From positions 1 through 64,000 of the forward strand of contig CBDESU010000001.1 of NCBI GenBank assembly GCA_965242695.1: a stretch of 64,000 bases of DNA. The letters run 5' to 3'. Of this stretch, positions 1 through 9,538 are shown piece by piece. Made by a program: the position numbers and the translations under genes. The notes below the pieces were generated by a model. It did not search any database and had not been told where the DNA came from. It saw only the letters and a list, made by a program, of their open reading frames with translations. The stretch comes from Cenarchaeum sp. (GTDB lineage Archaea > Thermoproteota > Nitrososphaeria > Nitrososphaerales > Nitrosopumilaceae). The stretch's first letter is position 1, and the number at the start of each line of letters is the position of its first letter.

Positions 1-205
1 TGCGCACGTCCCGCCCTTGGCCTTGCCCTTGAGGACGAGTATGCCCTCGTTCGGGTGCTTCATGCGGCAGTACGTCAGTATGCCGTCGTGCGCCTCGCGC
101 GTGAGGGTGACGACCCTCCTGCTGTCGTCCCTTCCGGCCTTCTTCTGCCCGCCCTTGGCCTTTCCGCGCCCGAACAGCCTCACGCCCAGCTCATCTCCAG
201 CCCGC

Positions 206-1598
206 TCACGCCCCGTCGTCGGGGCGCACCGTATACCTCACGCCGGTAATCTCCGAGACGGCCCCCTCGATGCGCTTGAGGATTCCGGGTATGCGCCCGT
301 CGGCCTCGTCGGCCTCGGCCCTCATCTGCCGCACCTTGGACTCGGTGTCGTCCGTCTCTGCCCTGTTCCTAGCCAGGTCGGCCTCGAGCGAGCCGAGCCG
401 GCCGGTGTCGGCCTCGGCGATCCTGCCCTCGATGGCCTTTTCCTCCCGCGCCATGGGACCTGGCATCCTCCTCGTACGAGGCGAGCCGCCCCATCTCGTC
501 TCCGAGCAGGTTCACCGCCTTTGCCTTGTCCTTTACGGTGACCGATCCATTCTCGACGGCCTTCTTGGCGGCGCCGAGTATCTCCGAGACGGCGCCGGCG
601 CCGGCCGACGTGATGGCCTTGAACGGGTCGTCGATGACGGCGCGCAGCAGGGCCATCTTTTCCTTGTCCATGGCCGAGACGTACTCGTACCGGGACAGGG
701 GCTTTGATATCTTTGTGAACCTGTCGGACACGGCGCGCCGCGCCGCGGCCCGGCGGCCCCGCACCGCCTCGATCTCTTCGCGCAGCCTCCCGAGGGCGCC
801 GTACTCTGGCGAGGCCTTTACCGCCTCGATCTCGCCGGATATGTCCTCGCCGCGCATGCGCAGCCGCACGAGCTTCGAGTCGAGCTCGACGGCCCTGGCG
901 CGCAGCCTCTCGGCCGACTTGCCGGACCTGTCCATGCGGTCGACGTCTGCCAGCACGCGCTCGGCCGCCTCGGCCGTGTACCTCCGCCCCACGGTGAGGG
1001 CCAAGAGCTCCTTGTAGTCTTCCCCCGTGGACTCTAGTATGGGCTTCATGCGGCCCGCGTACCTTTTGGCGAACGCGTCCATGAACCGCGTCTGCCTGCC
1101 GAGGACGTCGCCGGCCTTCTTGAGCATGCGGCCCGTCGCCTCGGCAAGGGCCACCGCATCGTCGGCCGTCTCCACGTCGGGCAGCGCCGCGCGCGCCTCC
1201 TGCCCTATGATCGAGATGATCTGGCGCTTGCCGCGCTCGACGATGGCCTGCACCCGCCTGTCGGCGTCCTCGGTGTCCAGGTCGTCCTCCTCGAGCTCGT
1301 CGAGTATGTCGCAGAGATCCTCTAGGCGCGGCATCAGGGCGTCCCTGAGGGACACGGCGCCGGCGACAAGGGCCCTGTCGCGCACGGCGGCCACCTCTTC
1401 GAGGAGCATGGGCACGTCCGAGACGGATATGTTGGCCGGGTCGATGCGGCCGGCCTGCTCGTCGTCCTCCTCAACGAGCTGCGAGCTCGCCCCGCCGTCG
1501 CTTCTCTCCTCGGCAGCCGCGACGGCGGCGGCCTCGGCGGCGGCCGCAACCTGCGACTCGTCGGGCCTTTTCTTCTTCCTGCCCCAGCCGAATACCAC
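206..1598 (-). CDS. Conserved thaumarchaeal coiled-coil protein (MVFGWG..K family), split by a frameshift near 455-460
   Basis: GTG start at 1598 (VFGWGRKKK) about 22 nt behind an AT-rich TATA-like box (1620-1626). The long helical ORF continues into ORF 206..466 if one C is removed from AGGTCCCATG, giving DARSMAREEK. Confidence 0.75.
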
Positions 1599-1760
1599 AG
1601 CGGCATGCTCGGCGGGCCGATTAAATGTGTGTTGGGGGCGCATGCGTCCTGCGGCGGCGCCGGGGCGCCGCCCATGCCCGCCCTGCCCGCCCGCGGCGCC
1701 TGTTGGGGGGGGGGATCGCGGCGCGATCGACGTAAATACGCCCGGCGCGTGCCGCGCGGC

Positions 1761-2129
1761 GTGAGCGACACGCGCCTGACGATCGCCGGCATCGGACTCG
1801 TCTTTGCGGGGTTCATCGTGCTCGGCGTGTTCGGCGGACAGTACGCCGGCCCGTCGATCGAGGCCGAGCAGTTCGGCGACTGCCACCTGTACTCGGACGA
1901 TGCGCCGCCCGTCAAGGTGCCGTGCGAGGATGCGGTCGGCTCGCAGACGGCGTTCTTTGCCCTGGTCGTCGGGCTCATAGCGGCCGGGATCGCCGCCCTT
2001 GCGCTTGGCGTGCGCGGCAGGTGGGATCAAAAGGTCAGGCCCGAGGATATGGTGGGCCCCGGAGGCGGCGGGGGCGAGGCGGAGGGCGGCGCGGGCGGGG
2101 GCGCGGGGCGGGGCCCCGGCGGGGCCTAG
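1761..2129 (+). CDS. Small two-TM membrane protein with a Cys pair in the loop
   Basis: GTG start, MSDTRLTIAGIGLVFAGFIVLGVFG, second hydrophobic helix, TAAATA about 27 nt upstream. Confidence 0.75.
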   Translation: MSDTRLTIAGIGLVFAGFIVLGVFGGQYAGPSIEAEQFGDCHLYSDDAPPVKVPCEDAVGSQTAFFALVVGLIAAGIAALALGVRGRWDQKVRPEDMVGPGGGGGEAEGGAGGGAGRGPGGA

Positions 2130-2245
2130 GGGCAAGGCGCTCGGATGCCGCTGCCCAAGGCTGGGATCGCCGATCGTGCCTGATCCGCGCCGCCCGGCGC
2201 GCCCCGAGTGGCCTTAAAATATGCCCCCCGCACCGCCGTGGTGAA

Positions 2246-2596
2246 GTGTCTGCCAACTCGCAGCCGATCGTGCCAGAGATCAAGTCCGACACGTCCGACG
2301 CGCACAGGCGCATAGTGGTGGCCGGCGTGTTCGGGGGAGCCCGCTCGTACGGGCTGGAGGTCACGGTGTACTCGGAGCAGGGCGACTACGAGCGCGTCCT
2401 GGAGTCGCAGCCGCCCAACCCTGCCCGCAACATCCTGCGCCGGACGATCGAGACGACGCTTGTGATCGATCCCATGCAGATGAAGAGCATCCACGAGTGG
2501 CTCGGCAAGAACATGGCCGAGTACGAGCGCATGTTCGGAAAGATACCGTCGCCCGAAGAGGTGCGCAACAGGTCCATGCGCGATCCCCTGCAGTAG
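2246..2596 (+). CDS. DUF3467-like hypothetical protein
   Basis: TTAAAATA at 2214, GTG start; motif RRIVVAGVFGG...RRTIETTLVIDPMQMKSIHEWLGKNMAEYE resembles the DUF3467 family. Confidence 0.65.
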   Translation: MSANSQPIVPEIKSDTSDAHRRIVVAGVFGGARSYGLEVTVYSEQGDYERVLESQPPNPARNILRRTIETTLVIDPMQMKSIHEWLGKNMAEYERMFGKIPSPEEVRNRSMRDPLQ

Positions 2597-2823
2597 GCCG
2601 CTCCGGCGCGCCGGCCCAGCCGGCCATGCGGCCCTTGAGCGCCGCCCGCCTCGCCCGCACCGGTGCCGGGCCGGCGCCTCCCGCTGCGCGACGCGGCCCG
2701 CCCGTCTTGCCGCTGCCGCCGCGGCGCCCTGCGCCCTCCCCGCCCCTACGGCTGCCGCCGCGGCGCCCGCGTGCGGCGATCGCGGTGATTATCCTTAAAT
2801 TATGAGCGGGGCGCGGCGCGCCG

Positions 2824-3165
2824 TTGGCAGACGACGAGGCACCCGCGAACGAGCCGGCCTCCCCGGCCGCACTGCTCGAGGGCGAGTCGATCGTGTTCAA
2901 GGATCCGGACGCCGTCTCGGACGCGGCGGCTCCTGCCGAGCCGGACGCCCCCGCGGCCGACGAAGAGGCTGGCGGCGCCGACGACGGCCTCGGGATGGAT
3001 GACGATCGCCCCGAGCAGTTCGACGTGCACTATACGTGCCTACGGTGCGGCACGGACGTGAGCAACGAAGAGCTGGGCCGCCTGCCCGAGATCAAGTGCA
3101 TCTGCGGCTACAAGGTGTTCATCAAGGTGCGGCCCCCGATCGTAAAGACCGTCCGCGCCGTCTGA
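2824..3165 (+). CDS. rpo12: DNA-directed RNA polymerase subunit Rpo12 (RpoP) with acidic N-terminal extension
   Basis: C-terminal YTCLRCG...IKCICGYKVFIKVRPPIVKTVRAV zinc ribbon typical of RpoP/RPB12; TTAAAT box at 2795. Confidence 0.9.
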   Translation: MADDEAPANEPASPAALLEGESIVFKDPDAVSDAAAPAEPDAPAADEEAGGADDGLGMDDDRPEQFDVHYTCLRCGTDVSNEELGRLPEIKCICGYKVFIKVRPPIVKTVRAV

Positions 3166-3185
3166 GCGCGCCGGCGGGCCTCGGC

Positions 3186-3608
3186 CTAGCCGTACTTTGC
3201 CTTTTGCGAGTCCCAGCAGCCGCGGCACAGCTGCAGCCTCGGGTTCATCTTCCACTTGGGCTTGGGCCTGTACCTCAAGAGGCCCATCTTTGCGCCGCAC
3301 ACGCCGCAAAAGTTCTTGCCCCTCTCGTGGGACGACTCCTTTTCGTCAAAGCACGGCTTGCACAGCAGGCCGTCGGTCTCCCACTGCCAGCGCGGCTCCC
3401 ACATGTCCGTGATCTTGAACGTGCCGCCGCACTTTGCGCACCTCTGCCTGACCTTGCCCTCGTAGTACTCCCTCGACTTGTCCAGGTGGCACTCGCCGCA
3501 CAGGACGGCGCCGGCGTCCATCCCCCACTCCCTCTTGGGTCTGTGCCTGTGCTTGGCCTCCTTCTTGCAGACGGCGCAGTATGCAGGCTTGCGGCGGAAC
3601 AGGCCCAT
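3186..3608 (-). CDS. Multi-CxxC zinc-finger protein
   Basis: Six CxxC pairs in three repeated units (CAVC..W..LCGEC; CAKC..W..LCKPC; CGVC..W..LCRGC). Confidence 0.8.
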   Translation of the reverse strand: MGLFRRKPAYCAVCKKEAKHRHRPKREWGMDAGAVLCGECHLDKSREYYEGKVRQRCAKCGGTFKITDMWEPRWQWETDGLLCKPCFDEKESSHERGKNFCGVCGAKMGLLRYRPKPKWKMNPRLQLCRGCWDSQKAKYG

Positions 3609-3743
3609 TGGCGGCGCGCGGGGCGGGGGCTAAAAGTGCCTTGCGCGCGGCGCGCGGAGGGGGGGGGGGCGCGGCAACCTGCCTGCGCGCAGGCGAAAAA
3701 GGCGCGGCCTTTGGGGCCTGCCGGCCTCGTGCAGCCGGGACGG

Positions 3744-3869
3744 TCAGTCCGCCCTGAGCATCTTCTCGAGGGCCTGGCTTGCGTTGAGCATGCCGTGCTC
3801 GCGGGCGTACCGCTCGACGGCCGCGTACTGGCCGGGCGTAAAGCATACGGGCATTGAGCGCCGTTCCAT
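3744..3869 (-). CDS. 41-aa small protein, ribbon-helix-helix-like (below the ORF-track cutoff)
   Basis: Translated by hand: MERRSMPVCFTPGQYAAVERYAREHGMLNASQALEKMLRAD*; TTATAA at 3892-3897, 22 nt upstream of the ATG. Confidence 0.7.
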   Translation of the reverse strand: MERRSMPVCFTPGQYAAVERYAREHGMLNASQALEKMLRAD

Positions 3870-4108
3870 GGGGCGCCGCCCCGCGATGTGGTTATAACCC
3901 TGCCGCCACGTGGTGCCCGCGCGGCCTTGCGCGGCGCCTGCGGCCGGGAGGACGGCGCTCCCTTCGGCCCCGAAAGGTTGATTGGCGGCCGCGGCCGCGG
4001 CCGGGCGTGCAGGGCGATAGCGGCGGACAGGGCGGCGAAGGCGGGGTGCAGGCTGGCGGGGCGCCGGGCGCGCCGGCCCCAGCCGGCGCCGGCCCCCGGC
4101 GCGGCCGC

Positions 4109-4657
4109 ATGCGGCAGATACTCGTCATCGGGCACAACGAGGGCAGGCACTGCACGCGGCTGCACGAGGACGCCGCGTACGATGCCGGCCTTGCGATTGC
4201 GCGGTCCGGCTCTGTCCTGCTCACGGGCGGACTCGGCGGCGTGATGGGGGCGGCCAGCCGCGGCGCGCGCGACGGCGGTGGCCTGACCGTCGGCATCATA
4301 CCGCAGGACGCCCACCTGCACGCCAACGACGCATGCGACATCGTAATTCCGACGGGGATGGGGCTCACGCGCGACTTTGTCAACGCCCTGTCGGCCGACG
4401 GCGTCGTCGTGATCGGCGGCGGGGCCGGGACGCTCTCCGAGATGTGTGCCGCGTACATGCACCGCCGCCCGATGGTCGCCGTCCGCGGCACGGGCGGGAC
4501 GGCCGACGCGTACGCCGGCCGGTACATGGACGCCCGCCGGACGGTGCGCGTCGGGGCGGCCGACTCGCCGGCCGAGGCCGTTCGCATGATAGTCTCGCTC
4601 ATAGACGCGGGCAGGGCAGCTGCCGCTGCCGCGTCCGGCGCGGCCCCCGATTCCTAG
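4109..4657 (+). CDS. TIGR00725 family Rossmann-fold (LOG/SLOG-like) protein
   Basis: MRQILVIGH...LLTGGLGGVMGAASRGA...GLTVGIIP...GGGAGTLSE motifs. Confidence 0.85.
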   Translation: MRQILVIGHNEGRHCTRLHEDAAYDAGLAIARSGSVLLTGGLGGVMGAASRGARDGGGLTVGIIPQDAHLHANDACDIVIPTGMGLTRDFVNALSADGVVVIGGGAGTLSEMCAAYMHRRPMVAVRGTGGTADAYAGRYMDARRTVRVGAADSPAEAVRMIVSLIDAGRAAAAAASGAAPDS

Positions 4658-5811
4658 GATGCCTGCCCGTCTCCTGCCATCTCGACGAGGCGCGGGTCGG
4701 GCTCGTACGCCGCGCCGTGCTCGGCGGCAAGCTTTCGAAGCTCGGATACGATGCGGCCCAGCCCCATCGACCTTGCGGTGTCGAACAGCGGCTTCTTCAG
4801 GCCGAGGCCGAGCCTTGCGGCCGTCTCGATCTCGCCTATGTCGCTTGCCCCGTTCGAGACGAGCCAGGCGGCGTTGTTGGCGGCAAACGCGACGAGCGGC
4901 ATCGGGTCGCATTTTGCGGCCAGCTCCTCGGACAGCCCGACCCTCTCGTAGTGGCCCTCACCGTACTCGTAGAACCCGGATCCAGACTTCTTGCCGAGCT
5001 TGCCGGCCCCTGCCATCTCGGCCACTAGCGGGTGCGGGCGGACGACGCCCTCGTCGCGCATGTGCATCTCCTCGGTCGCCTTGTGCACGACGTCCATGCC
5101 CGTAAAGTCTGCCAGCTCGAATATGCCCATGGGGAACGCGGCCCTGAACCTTACGGCCGAGTCGATCTCCTCGAGGGACGCGCCGGTGCGGTCGCGCAGG
5201 TGGCACGCCTCGTGGACCATCGGTATGAACAGCCTGTTTACTATGAACCCGGGCACGTCCTTGCGGCACACGACGGCGTGCTTGCCGGCCGATGCGACGA
5301 GCCCCTTTGTCGCCTCCAGGGTCTCGGCCGACGTCCTCGCGCCGGGTATGACCTCTACGAGCTTCATGAGCTGCGGCGGGTTGAAGAAGTGTATGCCGAT
5401 GAACCGCTCGGGCCGCGACGTGGCAGACGCGATCTCGGTTATGGGCAGAGTGCTCGTATTCGACGCGAATATGGTGTCGGGGCGGGCCGCCGCGTCGAGC
5501 TCGGCGTACACGCGCTTCTTGAGGTCCATGACCTCGGGGACGACCTCTATGACCAGGTCTGCATCGCCGGCTGCCTCGCATAGGTCGATGACCGGCGTGA
5601 TCCTGGACAGTATGTCGTCGCGGCCGCCGGCCGTGATCTTTTCGCGTTCGACCATCTTGTCGAGGCTCCATCGTATCTTGCCCATGCCCCTGTCGAGGAA
5701 CTCTTGCCGTATGTCGCGCATCGAGACGCGGTAGCCGGCAGTCGCGAGCACCTGGGCTATGCCGTGGCCCATGACGCCGGACCCGAGGACTGCGACCCTC
5801 TCTACCGCCAT
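4654..5811 (-). CDS. 3-hydroxyacyl-CoA (3-hydroxybutyryl-CoA) dehydrogenase
   Basis: VAVLGSGVMGHGIA NAD-binding motif, SNTSTL, IGIHFFNPP, PGFIVNRL, FPMGIFELAD; TATA box at 5836-5841. Confidence 0.93.
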   Translation of the reverse strand: MAVERVAVLGSGVMGHGIAQVLATAGYRVSMRDIRQEFLDRGMGKIRWSLDKMVEREKITAGGRDDILSRITPVIDLCEAAGDADLVIEVVPEVMDLKKRVYAELDAAARPDTIFASNTSTLPITEIASATSRPERFIGIHFFNPPQLMKLVEVIPGARTSAETLEATKGLVASAGKHAVVCRKDVPGFIVNRLFIPMVHEACHLRDRTGASLEEIDSAVRFRAAFPMGIFELADFTGMDVVHKATEEMHMRDEGVVRPHPLVAEMAGAGKLGKKSGSGFYEYGEGHYERVGLSEELAAKCDPMPLVAFAANNAAWLVSNGASDIGEIETAARLGLGLKKPLFDTARSMGLGRIVSELRKLAAEHGAAYEPDPRLVEMAGDGQAS

Positions 5812-6031
5812 GCGGCCGGCCGGGTTGCGATGCGCTTTATACTTTTGCGCGGCCGCCGGGCGGATCCGGCGCGCGCGGCAGGGGGCGGAGCCGCCGCAGG
5901 CGGCGCTCTGGCGCGGCCGGCGGCCGTGGCCTGCGGGCCGCCGCGCCTGCCGCGCGACGCATTCGCTATCCCGCACCGCCGCATGCGACGCTCTGGAAAC
6001 ATCTAAAGCGGGGGCGTCATGCCGGTGTGGC

Positions 6032-6955
6032 ATGCGGCAGCGCGAGAATGCCTCCTTCGCAGGGGCCCCCGCCACGGCAGGGCGCAGGAAGGCGGCCCCG
6101 GCCCCCTCCGCAGGGGCCTCCGCCACGGCAGGGCGCAGGAAGGCGGCCCCGGCCCCCTCCGCAGGGGCCTCCGCCACGGCAGGGCGCAGGAAGGCGGCCC
6201 CGGCCCCGACAAGGGCCGGAGGGGGCGCCGGCCGACTGCGGGGCGCCCCTGGCGCAAAGGCCAAGCGCCCTGCAGGCCTCTCGGCCTCTGCCCTCTTGAA
6301 GCTGGTAAACGCCGTGCCGGCGCAGGATCTCAAAAAGTTTGTCGTAGCGGAGCTGCGCAAGGACAAGGATCTTCTCGGCCGGTTCTCGGCCGTCTTTTCT
6401 AGGACGCAAAAGGCAAAGGGCGGCAAGGACTTTAGGGCGATGGTGCAGGCCAGGTTCGACAGGGCCAAGGGCAGGAAGGGGTACGTCGACCGCCTTACGA
6501 CGCGCGACGTAAAGTTTACGGACGTCATGGGAGAGGCAAAGGCCAGCGAAAAAATCCACGACTATGCGGGGGCCGCCCGCATATACTCGGAGGTGTCCGA
6601 GTCGATCGAGTACAACATGTCGTGGGTGTACAGCGGCACCGGCCGCCTTTACAACATGTCTGATCGGTGCCTTGAGCGCATGGCGCTGTGCGCCAAGAAG
6701 TCGCGCGGGGCGGACGAGCGCAGAAAGGTGCTGTGGTACATCCTGCGCGGGTGGGCCTCGCAGGGCACCGGCCTGTCCGACTACAGATACGAGCGCGTCG
6801 TGGAGTCGGCGGCATCCGGGAAGGACGACTACCGCGCCATGGTAGAGATGCTGGACGACGGCATGCCGGTCGTCTATGACGTAAGCCACAGGGGGGACGC
6901 CAAGGAGCACTTGGAGAGCATGCGCAAGAAGGTTGCACGGCGCGTGAGGGGCTAG
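6032..6955 (+). CDS. Hypothetical helical protein with N-terminal 17-aa repeats
   Basis: Open frame with a globular C-terminal part (LLKLVNAVPAQDLKKFVVAEL...); start uncertain. Confidence 0.6.
   Translation: MRQRENASFAGAPATAGRRKAAPAPSAGASATAGRRKAAPAPSAGASATAGRRKAAPAPTRAGGGAGRLRGAPGAKAKRPAGLSASALLKLVNAVPAQDLKKFVVAELRKDKDLLGRFSAVFSRTQKAKGGKDFRAMVQARFDRAKGRKGYVDRLTTRDVKFTDVMGEAKASEKIHDYAGAARIYSEVSESIEYNMSWVYSGTGRLYNMSDRCLERMALCAKKSRGADERRKVLWYILRGWASQGTGLSDYRYERVVESAASGKDDYRAMVEMLDDGMPVVYDVSHRGDAKEHLESMRKKVARRVRG
6058..6208 (+). repeat. 51-bp tandem repeat, 3 copies (encodes SAGASATAGRRKAAPAP)
   Basis: Unit cgcaggggcc(c/t)ccgccacggcagggcgcaggaaggcggccccggcccc recurs at 6058, 6109 and 6160. Confidence 0.9.
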
Positions 6956-7450
6956 CCTGACCGGCGCGCCTGCCCTGTTTCGGCCGCGCCTTGGCGCGCC
7001 CTGACCCGTCCTCGCCGCTAGCGCTTTCTCATCTCGAGGACGACCTCGCGCCGGATGCGCCCGTCTAGCGCGCCGGCCCGCGGCGGAGCAGGCGGCGGCG
7101 GCGGCGACAAGTGCAGTCGCGAAGCGGCCGGCGACCGCCAGTGATCGGGGCGGTGCCGCGCAGCAGATGCCGCATGCGCGCAGCTCGGCCGCCCGACCTG
7201 CGTTGACGTCCACAACCTAAAGCGGTTCATACGCGGCATTGATCGCGCTCTGCGAGCCCTGATCCGCCTTGATGCTGCTAGGCCAACCCGTACGGCGCAT
7301 GTGAGGCCTGGGCCATGGCGCCCTGTATGCCCTGAAAAGATTGTACTCCCTGTGTGCACTATGGGTGGGGCCGTTCTAGTCGGGGCCACGCCAGACTGAG
7401 CGGATGAGACCGTTTTTTTTTTGGAGGGGTGTGGGCGGGCCAAGGGGGAG

Positions 7451-7714
7451 ATGACATATTGGCCCCCGTCTGCGCACGGAGCCGTGACACAGAGGTATGT
7501 GAGACCGCTAGACGATGAGTCGTGGAACCGGGTAGTGGCCGCACTCAAGCGCGGTCCCACCCCTGACCAGGTAAAGGCAAAGGAGCGGCTCTTGGAGATC
7601 GCCCGGCAGATAAGGTCAGACGACGATGGTGCCTCCAAGCAGGTGTACGCGGGTGATCCAAGTGATGCGGTTTTTGCCCCTGTGCAATCAGAACGTGTCG
7701 ATCGACGACCATAG
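7451..7714 (+). CDS. Putative antitoxin (DUF1778-like C-terminal motif)
   Basis: LDDESWNRVVAALKRGPTPDQVKAKERL resembles the DUF1778/AtaR-type tail; directly upstream of a GNAT gene. Confidence 0.45.
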   Translation: MTYWPPSAHGAVTQRYVRPLDDESWNRVVAALKRGPTPDQVKAKERLLEIARQIRSDDDGASKQVYAGDPSDAVFAPVQSERVDRRP

Positions 7715-7753
7715 CGTGGGAGGGTTTTAGCATGACCCCGTGCAGCATACCCT

Positions 7754-8247
7754 ATGGGGGACATACTTGTGAGGTCTGCCGGCTGGGAAACGCCCGCCGA
7801 CTTTAGGTGCCGGAAGCCGGAATTTGCGGCCTACCTTGATGCCAACGCAGCGTACGATCAGCGACAAAGAATGGAGAAAATGTACTGGGCCATTCACAAC
7901 AAACGTATAGTGGGGTATATGGTCCTGACCATGGACAGCATGGGAAGGGAAAAACAATCTCTCTTGGGAATAGACTCGTATGGAAACATACCTGCCCTTT
8001 TGGTCGCCAGTCTGGCGACCGACGCGCGATATGAAAGGCGCGGTATTGCCACCTCTTTGCGTCGCACGCCACGAAGATTGCAGACGGGCTGGCCTCGAAG
8101 GTTGGATGTCGTGTAGTGCTCTGCAACGCAGAGCACGACGTAGTGGAGTTTTATGAAAGGCGCGGCTTCGTCAAGATCACCGAGGATGCAGACTATGTGC
8201 CCATGTATTTCGACCTCGGGGCGGCCAGCGACACCGCCATCGCCTAG
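7754..8247 (+). CDS. GNAT acetyltransferase (AtaT/TacT-like toxin), frameshifted near 8058
   Basis: DFRCRKPEFAAYL...IVGYMVL...PALLVASLATDARYERRGIA, continuing in another frame as KVGCRVVLCNAEHDVVEFYERRGF...PMYFDL, TAG at 8245-8247. Confidence 0.8.
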
Positions 8248-8575
8248 CGCGCAATGCCCTGTAGCATGCCTTGCCTGCCCCTCCCCGCGCACCGCGTAGG
8301 GCAGAGGATGCAAGGCCCGCCAGCTACCGCGCCCGGGATCGCGGCGCCTCCGCCGCCCGCCGAGGTCCTCAGCCGCCCGGCCCCGCGGCCGGCCGGACAG
8401 CGGGGCAAAGGAGCATGCGGGCGGGCGGCGCCGGCGAACCTGCCGCCGCCCGGCCTCGCCGGCGCATTTGGCGCCTCCGGGCCCGCCGGCCCTGCTGTGC
8501 GGCGGGCGGCCCGCATGCGCCGCGCCGGGCCGGCGGCCGGAATGGCTTATAATCGGCCCGCGGCGCACGCCCGGC

Positions 8576-8746
8576 ATGCTCGGCTTGGGCAGGAAGAGCA
8601 AGGGCGGCCAGGCACGGACAAAGTGCGAAAAGTGCGGCGCCGAGCTGTACTATCCCGATCGCCTCGAGAGGCACATGAAGAAGGCGCACGGCAACGTGCC
8701 TGCCAAGAAGCCTAGCGCCCAGGGCGGCGACGGGGGGCTGTGGTAG
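8576..8746 (+). CDS. Small C2H2 zinc-finger protein
   Basis: CEKCGAELYYPDRLERHMKKAH; TTATAA at 8547, 29 nt upstream. Confidence 0.8.
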   Translation: MLGLGRKSKGGQARTKCEKCGAELYYPDRLERHMKKAHGNVPAKKPSAQGGDGGLW

Positions 8747-8749
8747 GGC

Positions 8750-9073
8750 ATGGAGCTTACCGACGGCCAGCGGTACGGCGCGATATTCGGCGGCGCCCTC
8801 GTCGTGGCCGGACTGGTGCTCGCCACTGTGGTGTTTCCGTTCTGGAACCTCATCCGCGAGGACGTGACCGAGCAGGCCGTCATACTCTCGAACGAGGACG
8901 GCGTCTGCTTTGTCGAGACGTCCGACGACATACCAAAGACGATCGACGGATGCGAGGCCGCGCCCGGCGACACGGTCGTCGTCCGGTTCGGCGAGGGCCT
9001 TGCGTGGGCGGCCGTCGTCGGGGATGCCGCCCCGGCCGCGCCCGGCGATGCGATGCCGGCCGGCCCACCGTAG
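8750..9073 (+). CDS. Single-TM membrane protein
   Basis: Hydrophobic N-terminal helix followed by FPFWNLIRE and a small Cys-containing beta domain; operonic spacing. Confidence 0.75.
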   Translation: MELTDGQRYGAIFGGALVVAGLVLATVVFPFWNLIREDVTEQAVILSNEDGVCFVETSDDIPKTIDGCEAAPGDTVVVRFGEGLAWAAVVGDAAPAAPGDAMPAGPP

Positions 9074-9086
9074 GGGGGACGGCAGG

Positions 9087-9527
9087 ATGGCCGGCGGCGG
9101 GTGCGTCTTTTGCGGGATAGTCGCCGGGTCGGTGCCGGCCCGCATCGTGTCCCGCACGGCCCTGTCCGTGGCATTCCTTGATGCGTTCCCGGTCGCCAGG
9201 GGGCACGTGCTGGCCGTTCCGCGAGCGCACCGCGAGCGCGTCCAGGACCTGGCCGGCGACGAGGTGGCCGACCTGTTCGGCCTGGTCGCGCGGCTCGCGC
9301 CCCGGACGGACGCCGTGGGCGGCGGCGCCACCCTGATTGCGGTGCACAACGGCAGGCAGAGCGGCCAGGAGGTGCCCCACGTGCACGTCCACCTGATACC
9401 GCGGCGCGAAGGCGACGGGGCGGGGCCCGTCCACTCCATGTTCGGAAAGGGATCGGGCGGGCTCGGCCCCGACGACGAGGTGCACGCCCTGCTCGCCGAC
9501 GGCGGCGCCGGGCCGGGCGGGACCTAG
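9087..9527 (+). CDS. HIT family nucleotide hydrolase
   Basis: CVFCGIV, AFLDAFPVARGHVL, GQEVPHVHVHLIPR (HxHxH). Confidence 0.92.
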   Translation: MAGGGCVFCGIVAGSVPARIVSRTALSVAFLDAFPVARGHVLAVPRAHRERVQDLAGDEVADLFGLVARLAPRTDAVGGGATLIAVHNGRQSGQEVPHVHVHLIPRREGDGAGPVHSMFGKGSGGLGPDDEVHALLADGGAGPGGT

Positions 9528-9538
9528 GGCGCGCCGGC

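Noticed and set aside
2824-3020. Acidic N-terminal extension of Rpo12 as a novelty
   Set aside because: A low-complexity extension that I recall being common in thaumarchaeal Rpo12.
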